Shown one piece after another: positions 1 through 13,432 of a DNA stretch of 64,000 nucleotides. Each line of letters begins with the position of its first letter. The first letter of the stretch is position 1. The notes under the pieces are model-generated. The model saw nothing but the letters and a program-made list of their open reading frames with translations, searched no databases and was not told the DNA's origin. The translations under genes and the position numbers were made by a program. The stretch comes from Podospora anserina. Taxonomy: Eukaryota. Where the stretch lies: the NCBI GenBank assembly GCA_017654855.1, contig CM030335.1:124001-188000 (forward strand), read 5' to 3'.

Positions 1-1058
1 GGTCGATCCAACGCAGAGTCAGCGGGGTTGTGAGCTTTTTCGGGTTGGGAGCAGAGCGGAGGTGGTGGTGGATGGGGTGGCCAGTGGTCCGTTGCGCTGC
101 AACGGGAAGGTCCGTGTGGTAGAGGGTGAAATCCCTTTCGAGCTTCATGGACTGGAGCACGCCGGAGACAAGGTCCCTTGCTGCGACCTTACGGGGCTGA
201 GGGAGCAAGCGATTGCGAGGAGAAGGAGAACCACGGCTTTCCGAAGCCGGTCTAGCCCCTGGATCTACACCAGAATTGCCCATCTCATCTTGTGCTATCA
301 CACTCACCAAAGCGCCGGTTCTGGGTAAACCAAACCGATGAGCTGAGAGTAAAGCCGCGTCGGCCCGTTCCTTTTCCAGGTCGTCTTCTGAAAGCCATTA
401 TAGCCTTGACAAGAGGCTGTAGATAGTAGCTCCTGCACGGTATTCTCCACCGGTGCTTTTCCGTTTTGCACACGTCTGCCCTACGAGATGACAGCAGTTA
501 GGTCGTCAGAGGTGCGTCCATCAGGGCGGTGTACTCGACAAGCAGTATACTGTGCAACATGCTCGGGGCATGGTCGAAGCCCCCAGGCCATGGGCCTGAA
601 CGGGGACTGTGGAGATGAAAGCGCAACTCAAGATCAGCGAGCGGGTTGAATAGGCCGGAATATCTATACAACATATGCCAAGGGGCAGTAGCATCATCAT
701 TTCAATGAAAATAACCAGCAAAAAGTTGAGTGGAATGGACACAACAGCATCGGGCGAGTATAATTTGGCGTTTTCTACGATTGGAGACTCGCTGGTCAAA
801 ACTGAAATTGGGCCTTTGTGATATAGGTTTTCCTGGGCTTTGCTTCACACTCTGAAGCAGTACCCCTGAACTCTCTAAGCCGTTGTTCCTAGGTCTATTA
901 TGGAAATAAAGAGACAAATAGCAAAGACATCAATGACGGCATCATCTTCTCTTCAAGATCAACACCCACTCATCCACCTATCAAGAAAGATAATGTGTCT
1001 CGCCTCTCTCCATCGTGCCTCCATCAGTTTAACCCCTACTTTGCACTCCATACATCAA

Positions 1059-1140
1059 GGCGTGGTGGCAGAGTGGTCTAATGCGCAAGACTAGAAATCT
1101 TGTTCCTTCGGGAGCGTCTGTTCGAATCAGGCCCACGTCG
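1059..1140 (+). tRNA. tRNA-Ser (anticodon AGA), intronless
   Basis: Cloverleaf: acceptor GGCGTGG/CCACGTC plus discriminator G; D arm TGGCAGAGTGGTCTAATGCG; anticodon stem CAAGA-CTAGAAA-TCTTG; long variable arm TTCCTTCGGGAG; T arm GTCTG-TTCGAAT-CAGGC. Confidence 0.96.
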
Positions 1141-1876
1141 TTGACAATTTCCTTTTTGTCCTGACCATCTTCTCTTGTAACGCAGCCTCCACTCTGTCTC
1201 CCCAGGCCCACCCCATCTTTCGATCAAGCACACAGACAGGGACACCACGCCACACCGCACCAAAGTCAATTCCACTTCCCCTGATTACAACCTGGAAGTG
1301 CTCCAACTTTTTAAGCGGATGCAGGCAGCTACCTAGAACCTACATGTACAAGGTGTCAACCTAATATCAAACAGAAACGAATTTGCAGCAGAGATCGATA
1401 ACCGGAGATAAAAAAAAACCCAAGAGGAGTCCATTTTTCCACAAAGCCCCTATCTACATCCGGAAACTCCTTCGCGAGGTATCTGACCATAGAAATGACA
1501 AAATGATAACAGAGGTGAACCTGTTTTCCCAGACAAATATTTCCAACTTTCAAAGGATAGACAAGAAGTTGTGGTTGTTGATGATGATGTCCCTTCCTGT
1601 CCATCCCCATAAATAACAGAGCAGGGTCTATATACACAAATGTCCCTCCCCACCCAAACACAGCAAAGGCATGACCAACAGCCCACCCATACACGCGCGC
1701 TGCCTCGCGACGACATTGGAGCTAAAATGAAAGGGGAAGGTTTTCCCAGATTGACGACGAGGTGCGACGCGACACTAAAAAGATTTACGGCCCATAGCAA
1801 AACGCAAAGAAATACCGGATATGCAAACAGATTCAAGGGAATATCGAGAAACAAGGAAATCACGCGGGTAACCGCT

Positions 1877-4226
1877 CTAGTCGTACCCGGCGCCACGTTG
1901 CCATTGACTGCCAAAACCGTTAGTAAGACCGTTAAGCATCATCCGATATTGAGCTAGAGACTCACTTTCCACCTTGCGGCTTTGGTGGTGACGAAGTCTT
2001 TGATAAACTGCCGTCGCTCCCCGACGCCGTCAAGGGGCTCGGTGCCCTGACACTCCCACTGGGCTGATTTCTCAGGTGGTGGCCCTGTCCACCCGGTTTC
2101 TCCGACATGTAGACACCGCCTGGAACAATCATGGAACTCCTCACGCTATTCCTCGCCGAGTCCCTGACGCTCTTGAGGGAATACCGATTGGGACTCGTGT
2201 TGGATCCTGCTGTGCCAGGGCGTGGGAGCCCACCGACGTTGGCAGGGCTCGACCGGGCACTCTCGTCATCGTCCAAGTCGATCGTCTTGCCAGTGCCGCG
2301 CGCTGTAGCGGCCAACGCATCCAACTCCGAGGTCGTGGCGATGTGCGTCTGGGACTTGATGAAGCTCGTGCGGTCGTCGTTCATAAACTGGTATCGTGTG
2401 TCGGGGTTGTTGTGGAACAGAATGATACCCGTGGTAATGATGAGCATGAGCAGGAGGATCAGCGAAAAGGCGGCGTTGGCAATCCAGAGAACGACACCAA
2501 CCACTCCAATCACAAGACCGGGAAGACCAAACACGTCGGTAAAAACGAAGAGGAAAATGGCGTTGACAAAGTTGAGGGAGCAAATGGCGATGTTGAAAGA
2601 GTTTGTCGACTTGTCCATGAAGGGACGGATCACACTGACGGTGATGAGGGCAGCTGCCTCAATGATGATCAGGGCGACAGCCTGGACGACACCGGAGCGC
2701 TGGGCCAGCGCAATAAACATGCCCTTGACCAGGATGTAGACAAGTGTCGGGACGATGAAGTAGTAAGCCGAAGCGCGGTACTGAACGTACAAGAAGCCCC
2801 ACTTGTTGAGAACGCGAGGCTCCGAGAACAGAATGTAGGCTGGGTTGCGGTGGAGCGCGACGCTGCGCCGGGCGATTTGGATAATTTTGAAAGCAGCGTA
2901 GCTCAAGGCGCCGAGCATGCTGAAAAGGAAGAACACGGCGAGAACAACGGCGCCCGGCGAGTCGACCTGCGTAAACTCCCACAGGCAAAGGATAACAACA
3001 GGGGGGAAGCAGACCAAGGTAAGGCGGAAGAGGATGCCCTTCAAGGTTGTCAACCAGCCGGTCCTGAACTCGGAAAACCGGTCGCCCTTGGAAACCTTGA
3101 GCTTGACAGCCAATTCCACGCCCACCTTGAACAGCAGTACCAGAATGACCAAGACCAAGCACAAGATGTAGAAGAAGGTGATGCCGGTCAAGAACAGGTT
3201 GGTTGTCTCAATCCGGGCCCGGAAGGCAACTCTTTGGATACCATAGACGATGTAGCTGCCCCACTCGGTCTTTTCGTAAGAACGCTTTCCAAGAGTGCTG
3301 GCGTGGTGAGCAATATCGGTCACCCTTTTCTGAATGGCCTGGACGGCAGGCTCCAGCACCGGCAATGAGCGCTTCATCTTTTCAACCTGAACCGACACAA
3401 TGCTGAGTGTGTCGAAAATGACGGAGGCTGTTCCGCCAGTGGAGCGCTGGTACCATGTCAGGATGGTTTGGATGAAGCCGACCCTGATGATACCCATAGT
3501 CCACTGGAAATCCTGAGTCCATGACTGCACGACGGGAGGTAGCGAGACGCTGCAGAGGCCGATCATGGCCTGTGACTGGAAGTAGGCGAGCAGAGCCAAG
3601 GTGTTGGCAGCAATATGGGAGGCGGCATTGGTGAAGCCCAGGCCCGCAACGATGGCGGATGCGATGAAAGCCACGAGGATCACCGCAGCCGCAGCCCATT
3701 TCACGCCAATAAGATCAACAGTCTTTCCGTTGGATACATCGGCCTCCAGACACGCGATGGTCTGACCCTTGTTCTCTCCGGACGTCATGTTGATGTAGAC
3801 CCTGACAGTCGCATCCAAGTCGGGGAATGTGTAGGCAATGCCTGGGATGACATCGAGCGCCTCTTTGTCGAAGGGTCCCAGGTTGAAGGGGTGCGTCATC
3901 TTTCCTGATACCATGGGACATAACCCCATGATTTTGGCCTCGCAGGGATCAACCGTGGTTTGAATTGCCTTGTAGCCATAGGCGATGATGGTGATGTCGA
4001 ACAACACATAGCCCTCGATGGATGATGTGGCCAGCAGGTCGATTGCAACGGTCCTGTTGTTGGGCGTGAAGACGACATCGAAGAGACTGGCTGTGAAGCC
4101 CGAGCTTGCCTGACAGGCGGCCAACGAACTCGATCGGAGGACAGATTCGGCGGTGACAACGACGGGTAGAAGGAGGGTAGCGAGAGTGGAGACGGCGAAA
4201 AGAGGGTTCAAAGATGGAAGCCGCAT
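1877..4226 (-). CDS. FLC/TRP-like (flavin carrier / Pkd2-like) ER membrane channel protein
   Basis: Starts at MRLPSLNPLFAVSTL (ATG 4226), a signal peptide. ML-like luminal domain, many TM helices, family motifs WTQDFQWTMGII, TWYQRSTGGT and KWGFLYVQYR. A terminal intron 1965..1908 (GTGAG...ACTAAC...CAG) gives the last exon QWQRGAGYD*. Confidence 0.9.
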
Positions 4227-5972
4227 CTTAGTTGATGGGAAGCCCGGCCGGGGCGGAAGGGCTTTGGATCGGTCGGGATTATGAGATGAAGGCTGGTCGG
4301 AGCTTGTTAATGGGTGGTCGACGGTTTGATGGCGGCTGGCGAGCAAACGAGACGGTCGGCGACGGTGTGGTTTTGGCCCAGTTTTTGTTCAGACTTGCAT
4401 TCTCCTGTCGTGGTTCCAACGGTGGCCAGGCCTGAGTCAGCGCGAGGATGGCCGGGCGGCCCTCGATAACGGGCGACGGTCGGTCGTTGGTTCGAGGTTC
4501 CGAATCGATGGTCGTGCGCATTCAAGCTTTCGAAAGTGTTCGTCCCAATTGGATTAGCGGAGATGGAGCGGGCGACGGGGGCTGGCTGGGGTTAGGTGAG
4601 AAGGGCACAAGAGTAATAAACGAGTGACAGAGATTGTTGTTGACAGCGACCGACAGGTTCCTAGCACGATGCCATCCAACAGTTCTTGGTAAGACAGACA
4701 GATCAACAAAGAACAGATCAATTGCGCAAAAGCTAGAAGGAGGTTGATGGCTAATTGATGATGGATGGAGACAGGCAATTCGACGGCGAGTGGGGGGGAG
4801 GGTCTGCCGAAAACAGCGCCGCCTGGGAAAAGCTCGTGTCAAAGCAGTTGGGCAGATGCAGCGACCAGGGGCAGCCATGGCAGCACAAAAACAAAGGCAC
4901 GGTGGCTGAGCCGCCCACGGGGAAAACGAGAATCCCGTCGAATTCAGCGTCAGCCAACAGTCAATTTCCTGCCGATGCGTCCTTGGCACACCCCGCTATG
5001 CCCCTTTGGGTGCTTATCGCCCTTATCGTGCCCTCCAGGATGAGGTCATCTGCAGAAGCGAGAGATCAACGGCCCCGTTTGGTTGGCTGGAAAAAGGCCT
5101 CGTCAGCTGAAAAGAGCGGGGCCGTCCCGATGCTTTGAGATGAACCACTTCAAAACTTAAAACTTCTACGAGATCAAACGAGAAATATCAAAAGCCACAG
5201 CCTCCTCCTCTACCAACCACATCTCCGTATGTCGATATGCCACCAGCCATCCAACAGACAAACACACGATTCGGTTGATTCCAGCGGACAAAAAATCAGG
5301 GCTGAGCTCTGCTGGCTAGCCGGATTCGCCTGATTTGTGGTTGGGATGGCGCGAGCAGCGTATGAGCTGTTCCAGACAACCTTCGCGGTCTCCACTTTCT
5401 ACCACAGGCTCTGCAAGCAAGTAAGCAGGGTTGAAGCAAGCCTTGACATGACAGAGGTGCGAGATAGCATCTCCAGGATGAGGATCCATGTTGCGAGCTA
5501 CTGCCCAAGTAACTATATGTAACCAGTATGTAGACGACCTGCCACCAGGTTGTTCGTAGTGTATCTAATCAATATCTAATTAGCAGGAATGATACGGTCA
5601 CCGTAAGGTAACTAGAACTGCATACCGGGACATAGTCGCCACTGCTTTTTGGACTTGTTGACCCAACAGTCGCTTTTGTCGGTGTTTTCATCTTCAGACC
5701 AGCTTGTTGAAGATAGCAGAGGGGTGCCCTTTGCGAATATCCTTGAGGACGCTTCTGTGGCGTTTTCCACTCATACTGGAGAGTATGATGCAATGAGGAG
5801 AAGTTGAATGAGGCATATGGATGAAATAGGATGAGGGGGAAGCTGCATTTGTTGTATTCGCGAAGTGAAGCGGGAAACGCGATTAAAATGTTGGCAATTT
5901 TGATGGGCAAGCCTGGAAAGCAGAATCTGACCGTACCTTACCACTGTACCTCACCACTGGCGAAAATCGACA

Positions 5973-8391
5973 ATGACTACCCTCACGACTATCGAACGAG
6001 CTACTGGGAACGATATGTGATGCACTCCGGGAAATGCCTGAGGGGTGCCATCCAGCAATGGAGAAGGGCCTTGGGGCCCTGTACACCCTCACCCTCACCA
6101 GCCACAGACTTCGCGGTGTTGCCGAATATCATCTCTACCGACTCGGGGTGGAAGAGTACAAGGCACTGCCTCTGGCGTGGGCGGCTCATACCGGCTGTGC
6201 TGTCACATTTCTCAAGGCCCTTGGCTACGGCGGTGCGGATCCGAACACTGAGTTCAAGTTTTTCTACTCAAGCCCTTTCTGGATGTCGTTCAAATGATAT
6301 CTTCGAACGTGATCTCCAACGTGGTCTCACCACAAGAGAACATGGAACGAGATGTTTCCTCAACCCCTCAAAACAAACTATCTCGCTATGCACGAGGTAT
6401 CCCGTCTCGTTATGCAGGACATATCACTCCTTGGTGCCTTCAGCTTGATGTTCTCGTGCCAACCCAACGCATCGTCTTTGGTGACGAAAGTTCGCACCTC
6501 TCGTGGGCCGACGCCGATCATTTGCCCCCTGGAAACCACCAACACAACGACCGAGACATGGAGGACGACCGGCAGGGCCTTGGGCAATGTGTCGAACTCA
6601 GCGAAGGCGATGGCGAGTGGGAAGCCCAGATGGTCGAGTCGGGCGAGAGGGTTACTCGTGCATACACCACGTTGCACATAGCGGCCGGGCGGGGGCATCT
6701 CGAAATTGTGACACTCTTGTTGGACCATGGCGCTGATCTCCAACGCCAGTCTACAGGGTTCTGCGGTTGCTCGCCTCCGCGTTCGGAATGGGAGAAGATT
6801 GAACGCGAATGGGCCTACGACTATTAGGAGGGTGGGGAAGAGACATGGACACCACTCTACGTCGCCTTGTGCTCTAATAATGACGAAGTAGCTCAGCTCC
6901 TCATCTCGCGCGGGGCTAACGTCAGAAACACGGGCAGCTGGAAGTGGTCTGTATATCACCAATTGGCCTTTTACGGCAAGCTCGACTTCCTCCGCATTGT
7001 CCTAGACAGGCTTCCCGTGCAGGTTGCCGAGATTCGCGACGTAGACGAGACAACTCCATTGACCTATGCCTGCTTGGGGCACCATGTCGACTCTCTCGTT
7101 CCGTTTCTCCTCAGTTATGGTGGGAGAATCAACGAGAAAACCTACATTCGCCTTTGTTTCCAAAAATGCGGTTTTTGCGAATCCACTGGGCCAGGCATTT
7201 GCTTTGGGCTACTTACAAGACGCTCTCCAGCTTCCCAAATACGGTTCCGATCCGACAGACGACATTCAGGTGGAAACGTCTGAGGCTCCAGTTGACAGGG
7301 AATCATGGACTCCTCCGTTAGTTATGTGCTGTTTGCCGGGACTCAGTAATGACAAATCACAAGAAGATGCCCGCCTCGAGCTACTACGTAGACTGGTCAA
7401 TCCCAAAGGCCCTTTCGATTGGCATATTCCGGGGCCCTACGATGGCCCTGGATACTACCCCTCTGTCGCCACTTTTCTTTCGTTGGCTGCTTGGTGTTCT
7501 ATCAAGGGGCTTGTCAAGACGTTATTAGAAGCCGGCGTCGACGTCAATTCGTGTGACAACCTGGACAGGAATGCGTTGATGACGTTGCTGGGCGACGTGT
7601 TTTCATGGGAGGCAGACCAGCTGGTGTTTCGCGGTCATTTCCATTTCCCTCAAGAAATGGAAGACAACGAGTACTACGACTCTGTTCTTGAGATGGTTCG
7701 ACTGCTGCTAGATGCCGGAATTCATCCCAACCATTGGGACGCGTTTGGAAGAACTGTGCTGCACCACCTGTTTATGGCGCAGCCCGGCTGGCGACCAGAC
7801 CGGTTAAAGCCTGACGAGGCAGGGGAAATCGTTGGATTGCTTCTTGCAAAAGGCACAGACCCCCTGATTCGAGCCAAGCAGGGCTGCTCCGCCCTAAGGA
7901 GAGCCGTCAGAAGCAAATGCAAATGGGCTCTGGAGGTCATGTGCCGGACATGCCGGTTTGAACTGAGGGACGCTTTCCCCACTCACGACGAGGTGTTTGA
8001 TGTGTTGGTCGACTGCGACAGCGACCGACGACCTGAATCCGAATTGCCGCGAAATCGTGATGTGGAGGGGGGTGCGTACGACGAGCTCGCAGAGTATTGC
8101 GGTTATAGACGCGCAAAGGATTATGATCGTGTACGTACACATCACTACAGTGATTATCCACTTGAGTCTTTCGATTCGGGTGGGCGATTTTTCTGCAGCA
8201 AGAGCCAGACCGAAGAGCTGGTCCAGTTGCTGTGCAATCTCGACCGCACAGCCAGTTGCGATCGAGGCCAGGAGATCGGCCATGACGAGAGCCACGCTCT
8301 TCGCTACGCGGGTTCTGTTATCAGGGAGCGTTTGGAAGAGGCGCTGGAAGCAGATTCCGCGTCAAGCCGACTCCGTCAAAGACAGAACTAG
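5973..8391 (+). pseudogene. F-box-like + ankyrin-repeat protein, disrupted
   Basis: Reconstructed MTTLTTI/NELLGTICDAL...HLYR...LAWAAHTG, then ankyrin repeats TTLHIAAGRGHLEIVTLLLDHGAD, TPLYVALCSNNDEVAQLLISRGANV and LLEAGVDVN. Frameshifts near 5993, 6295 and about 7170, and an in-frame TAG at 6825-6827. I found no introns that repair them. Confidence 0.75.
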
Positions 8392-9150
8392 GCAAGAAAG
8401 CCAGCACGGCACGAAAGACAGCAGAGAATACATCATTAGATACAACACAGGAGACAAGTCAAGTGTTGTGAGGCTCCATGGTCCTCTTCTTTGCAGGCCT
8501 TCTCTTTGCTCGCCGATATGCATTTGTGACCAGCATGTATACATAGCTACCTACCTTCAACTACGCACACTTTAGGCCACTGCCTTGCTTTTCTTCCTTT
8601 TCTTTCTTTCTAGATACATCACTAATATCACTTGCCCTGGTCTATACCTTTGGTGCCTCCACGCCAATGGGATCGTTATATTTCGGGGCATTTGACTGGC
8701 GAGGAGTTTGGTTGGGCAGTGGTCCCCGTTAAGTTCATCGCTTTGGCGGTTACCAAGAAGTCAGCGTGCTCGTGCTCGTGCCAGGAGGGTTGCTAAGCAT
8801 GGAAAGGCCTTGTGTTGTGAGGATATCTCTGTGAGAGCGAGGTAGATAGCCTCATAGCATGACCGACAACTACGGCTACTCATCGGTACTCTCGGAGTCT
8901 TCCCATTCGTTGGTGGGGTTTGACGATGGAAGTGGAGCAAAAGGGCATTGTGGGGCAGGGGCAGGGGCAGGGGCAGGGCGGCAGGGGTTACTATTATTAT
9001 CGGCGCTTATCGATAAGACGGTCCAAAAAAATGGCCCAAGAGTCTGTCGCAGAGCGGCCACTGAGATTTTCTTTGCGACTTTGCGCACACCACACCCCGG
9101 TCGGTCCATTTATCAATTGACTGCTTTTTCCGCTCTCGCAATCCGCCAAC

Positions 9151-11023
9151 ATGTCTGCCGGAAAGAAGCACGCCCGTCCCGACGGGGAGGAGCAGGCCGT
9201 TCGCTCCTCCAAGAAGGCAAAGACCGACGAGGTTGCCAATGCCACTACCGACGCCGATGGCTCCGACTTGAAGGCCGAGAAGAAGAAGCAGAAGAAGAAG
9301 GACAAGAAGGAGAAGGAGAAGAGGGAAAGGGGGGAGAAGAAGGAAAGGAAGGAGAAAAAAGAGAACAAGGAGGACGCCGACGAGCAAAAAGACACCGAGA
9401 TCCCCGACGCCGACGCCGACGCCGAGTCCGGGCCCAAGGCTGAGAAGACGGACAAGAAGAAGGATAAGAAGAAGTCTAACAAGTCCAAGTCATCCGAGGA
9501 GCCTATCGCCAGCGCTTCCGATGACGAGATAAACGCTTACCTGACCAAGGAGGAGATCAAAATCGAGGACCCCTCCAACAGCCCTCTGCAGCCCATCCTC
9601 AAGTTCACCCAGCTTCCCACCTCCAAGCTCATCGCCAAGAAGCCCTTCGCCGCCTACAATGCCCCCACTCCCATTCAGGCCGCTTCCTGGCCCTTCACCC
9701 TTGCCGGCCGCGATGCGATCGGTATTGCCGAGACGGGTTCTGGAAAGACCATGGCCTTCGCTCTGCCCTGCGTCGAGAAGCTTAGCATCCACTCCAAGAA
9801 GGCGTCCAAGGACTACCGCAGCACCCGCCCACGCGCCGTCATTGTGGCACCCACCCGTGAGCTGGCCATGCAGACGCACGAGGCTGTCTCTGGGCTGGCT
9901 TCTCAGGTCGGTCTCACGGCCGTCTGCATCTACGGTGGCGCGAGCAAGGATGACCAGCGCGCGCTTCTGCGCAAGAACAGCGGTGCCGATATCATCACGG
10001 CGACCCCCGGCAGATTGAAGGACTTCCTTTCCGACAACACTGTCAACCTCGGCGACGTCATGTTTGCCGTGCTCGACGAGGCCGATCGCATGCTGGACAA
10101 AGGTTTCGAGGACGACATCAAGCTGATCTTGGGCGGCTGCCCGCCAAAGGAGGAGCGCCAGACGCTGATGTTCACTGCGACATGGCCGACAAGTGTGCGT
10201 GTTCTCGCCGAGAGCTTCATGGTCAACCCCGTCAAGGTCACCATTGGCAACCGCACTCGCGCCGGCGAAGATGGGAACAGCAGTGGTACCGTCGAGTTGC
10301 AAGCCAACAGCAGAATCGAGCAAAAGGTCGAGGTCGTCGATCCCCGGGGCAAGGAGCAGCGGCTCTTGGAGCTTCTCCGTGAAGCACAGAAGGGCTCTGC
10401 CAAGAACGACAGGATATTGGTGTTTTGCCTGTACAAGAAGGAGGCGGTGCGCGTGGAGCAGTTCCTCGAAAGGCGAGGCATCCGCGTCGCTAGTATCCAC
10501 GGTGACCTCCGACAGGACCAGCGTACCAAGAGCCTGGAGGCCTTCAAGGCCGGTACCACATCGGTGCTTGTTGCCACAGATGTTGCCGCCCGTGGGTTGG
10601 ATATCCCCGAGGTTAAGCTTGTCATCAACGTCACCGTAAGCCCACTGTCGCCCCATGACAAAATCACCCAGGTGACTGACCTGTCTTAGTTCCCCTTGAC
10701 CATCGAAGACTATGTCCACCGCATTGGCCGAACAGGCCGTGCCGGAAAGACAGGCAAGGCCATCACGCTGTTCACCGAGCACGACAAGGCGCACTCTGGC
10801 TCGTAAGTTTCCGCTCTCCTGCATCTGATCTCTTGGTGGCGTCACCCTGACACTGACCGTCTCCGCCCACAGCCTCGTCAACATCCTCAAGGCCGCCAAG
10901 CAAGACGTGCCAGAAGATCTCTTGAAGTTTGGCACCACCGTCAAGAAGAAGGCCCACGACTCGTATGGTGCTTTTTACAAGGACGTGGACATGACCAAGA
11001 AGGCGACCAAGATTACTTTCTAA
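9151..11023 (+). CDS. DBP3: DEAD-box RNA helicase Dbp3 (ribosome biogenesis)
   Basis: K/E-rich N-terminus, Q motif [48 protein letters not shown] and [12 protein letters not shown]. Introns about 10636-10689 and 10803-10872. Dbp3-type tail [32 protein letters not shown]. Confidence 0.93.
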
Positions 11024-11090
11024 TTGCTTATACTATCGTACATAGAAGGGAGAAAACAGCGTGCTATTTTGCTTTTGGTCAATTACGTCT

Positions 11091-12876
11091 CTACACCTGC
11101 CTCCGTCCTTTGATCGCTTGGAATGCAGACAGTAAAAACTGTCGTTCGGAAAATGCCCTGGATTTTTTTTTTGGGTCACTGTCAGCCGTCATCATTTCTC
11201 CCATGTTCACGAGGCAACGGGTCAACTCACAGCACCCCCAATAACACCACCCCCACCCCGGCAATCTTCCCCAAACCGACCAACACCTCCTTCACCCCTC
11301 CCTTGCTGGTGAAGTGCAACCCCCTAACCAGACTCCCCGCCACCACGGCCGCCCCGACCCCAACCCCGCTCGGCAACACCTCCCTCACATCCGCTTCCAC
11401 CCCCCTCTGTTTGAACCAGTTGTTGATGAACCCCCAACACCAAACGATCCTACAAGCCATGTTCACCCCATTCGCCCAGACCAGCCCCTCTGCGCCCATG
11501 TCGAGGACCTTGAGGGTGATGAACCCGGCCGAGGCAAACACGAGACTAAACAGCCCCATCCAGGCTGACTGCTTGTGGACCTGCTTCTCCGTGGCGACGG
11601 ACGAGACGAAAGCCTCGGTTATACCGTTGATGGCGAGTAAGGGGATGTAATAGGTGTATAGAGAGAGGGTGGCACCTGCACCGGACGTGAGCCACTGCTT
11701 TCCTGCCACGAGGGACAACAACAAAGGAGCAGCGACGGGGGCGAGGGAGGTGATGATCAGGGAGAGGAGGAGGTAGGATTTGAGGAGAGAGAGGAGGGAC
11801 TGGGAGGCTGTTTTTTCCGGGGTGGGCGCGGTCTCTGTGGTCTGCTTTTCGGAACTTTTATCTGAAAGAGGGGTGGAAGGCGAGGAGAGCAACCGGGAAA
11901 AGTAACTGCGCGAGGACTCCTCGATGGGTTGGAAGACGAGACGGGCGAGGAGACCGCCGTAGTTGTTTGCTAATGCATAAACACCCTGCGAAGTGGGGGA
12001 GGAGAGGATAGAGACGAGAAAGGTGTCGCCTTGGGTGAGGAGGTGTTTTAAAACCGACTGAGAGAGCAAGGAAGACGTGAGTTTGAGGGTGGGAGGGTGG
12101 AGGTACTGCCCCGAGGAAGAAATTGGTCGGGGAAGCAAGGAGAAATTCTCTCTTGATGCAAGACCGGAGCCGCTGTGGAGATAGACGAGGAGAAGACCGG
12201 TTCCGTAGCCTAGCTGGCCGAGGGCGAAGGGCAGCACTCCAAGAGACAACCCCCGACGGGCACCATAGACGGCTGAGCCAAGGGTGATGGTGCAACGGAG
12301 GAAAGTAGCGATGGACTCGGCGGCGGCGCGAGCTGAGAATTGTAGCCGGGTTTGCATCACCATGAAGGCTGGTTCGGAGAGGAGTTCCACGATGGCGGCG
12401 AGGGCGTAGATGTAGAGTGCCACGACGAGATTCGGAGCTGAGGCGAGGGTGGAGGTGCTCAGTGAGTTGAGGTAAAGCCAGCCAAAGAAGAAGGACAAGG
12501 GAAAGCCTAGGCCAATGGCAAGGTAACCCAGGTTGACGACGGCTTGGGCGCCATTGTTTTGCTTCTTGCTGCCCTGGTCGTCTGAGGAAGAGTCCTGGCG
12601 CTGAATGGCCACACGCAGACTTTCCCTCGCAAAAAAGATGACAGAGAGATAGTAAACTTCAAGTTGGGTCGAAACGCCGAGCAGTTGAGCGGTTAGAAAA
12701 CGCAGCAGGACCTGGTTGGCGATGAAGGTGATGGCACGGGATATGATTTGAAGGAGGATGAGCACGGACGCGCCCCGGAGAAGGCGAGTGCTCGTCGTCG
12801 TGCTTGTCGTCATGCTTGCTGCCGAAACAATCAGTTCCGGTTTTGAAGCGGCAGCAACATCTTCCGGAGCGCCCAT
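11091..12876 (-). CDS. RFT1: Rft1 (Man5GlcNAc2-PP-dolichol translocation protein)
   Basis: Motifs LQIISRAITFIANQ, FFARESLR, KHLLTQGD, QGVYALANNYGGLLARLVFQPIEES and YIPLLAINGITEAF. Probable start MGAPEDV (12876). A terminal intron at about 11230-11158 adds AFSERQFLLSAFQAIKGRRQV*. Confidence 0.9.
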
Positions 12877-13432
12877 TCTTGACTTTTTTGGCGGGTTTCG
12901 TTGTCGATGTTTAGTTTGAGTTTGATGAAGCTCGTCGATGCGATCGCAACCGCGGTGGGTCGCCACGTGGCATCCCTGTCGCCCCTGAAGCCCCACTAAC
13001 ACCGCCTTCAGTGGCACAACAGGTACCCAGGTAGGTTTAGAAGTCTTGCTAGATACATACCTTGCCTTACTATTAGCCTTCCAGGTCACAGGCACCTGAA
13101 GATCCCGTCGGCTTGCACCCGCAGCGTTAGGCAGCGGGCCTTTGTCCTGTCCATAAAGTCCCTTCCATCGTCCAAGTTCTTGGAGAAAGGGGATTATTTT
13201 GACGAGGAGATGCATCCGGAAATGTGTGGGGTTGGGGAGAATTATCAGCTCAGAGGAAAGAACGGGGCTATTTTGTATGGGCTGGGGGGTTTATTATCCG
13301 AGGACTAGGGCTACTTCAATATGTGAGATAGAGGCTGCGTGTACTTCTTACCCTACCCAAACCCATCAACGGGCAAAACAATGATGGAACCGAGCCGCAA
13401 CTTCACATTTTGTCCTTCACACTCTGTCCTCC

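Noticed and set aside
1-850. Short ORFs at the window start, including a minus frame from ATG near 148 running off the edge
   Set aside because: Too short or truncated, with no recognisable motif.
2076-3368. 430-aa + strand ORF
   Set aside because: Antisense shadow of the FLC/TRP gene, caused by GC-biased codon usage.
4227-4346. Upstream extension of the FLC ORF
   Set aside because: Non-ATG start; the signal peptide begins at ATG 4226.
9490-10944. 484-aa minus strand ORF
   Set aside because: Antisense to DBP3; no protein motifs.
12877-13215. N-terminal extension of the RFT1 ORF in the track
   Set aside because: Reads as promoter/UTR sequence; Rft1-like sequence begins only after MGAPEDV.
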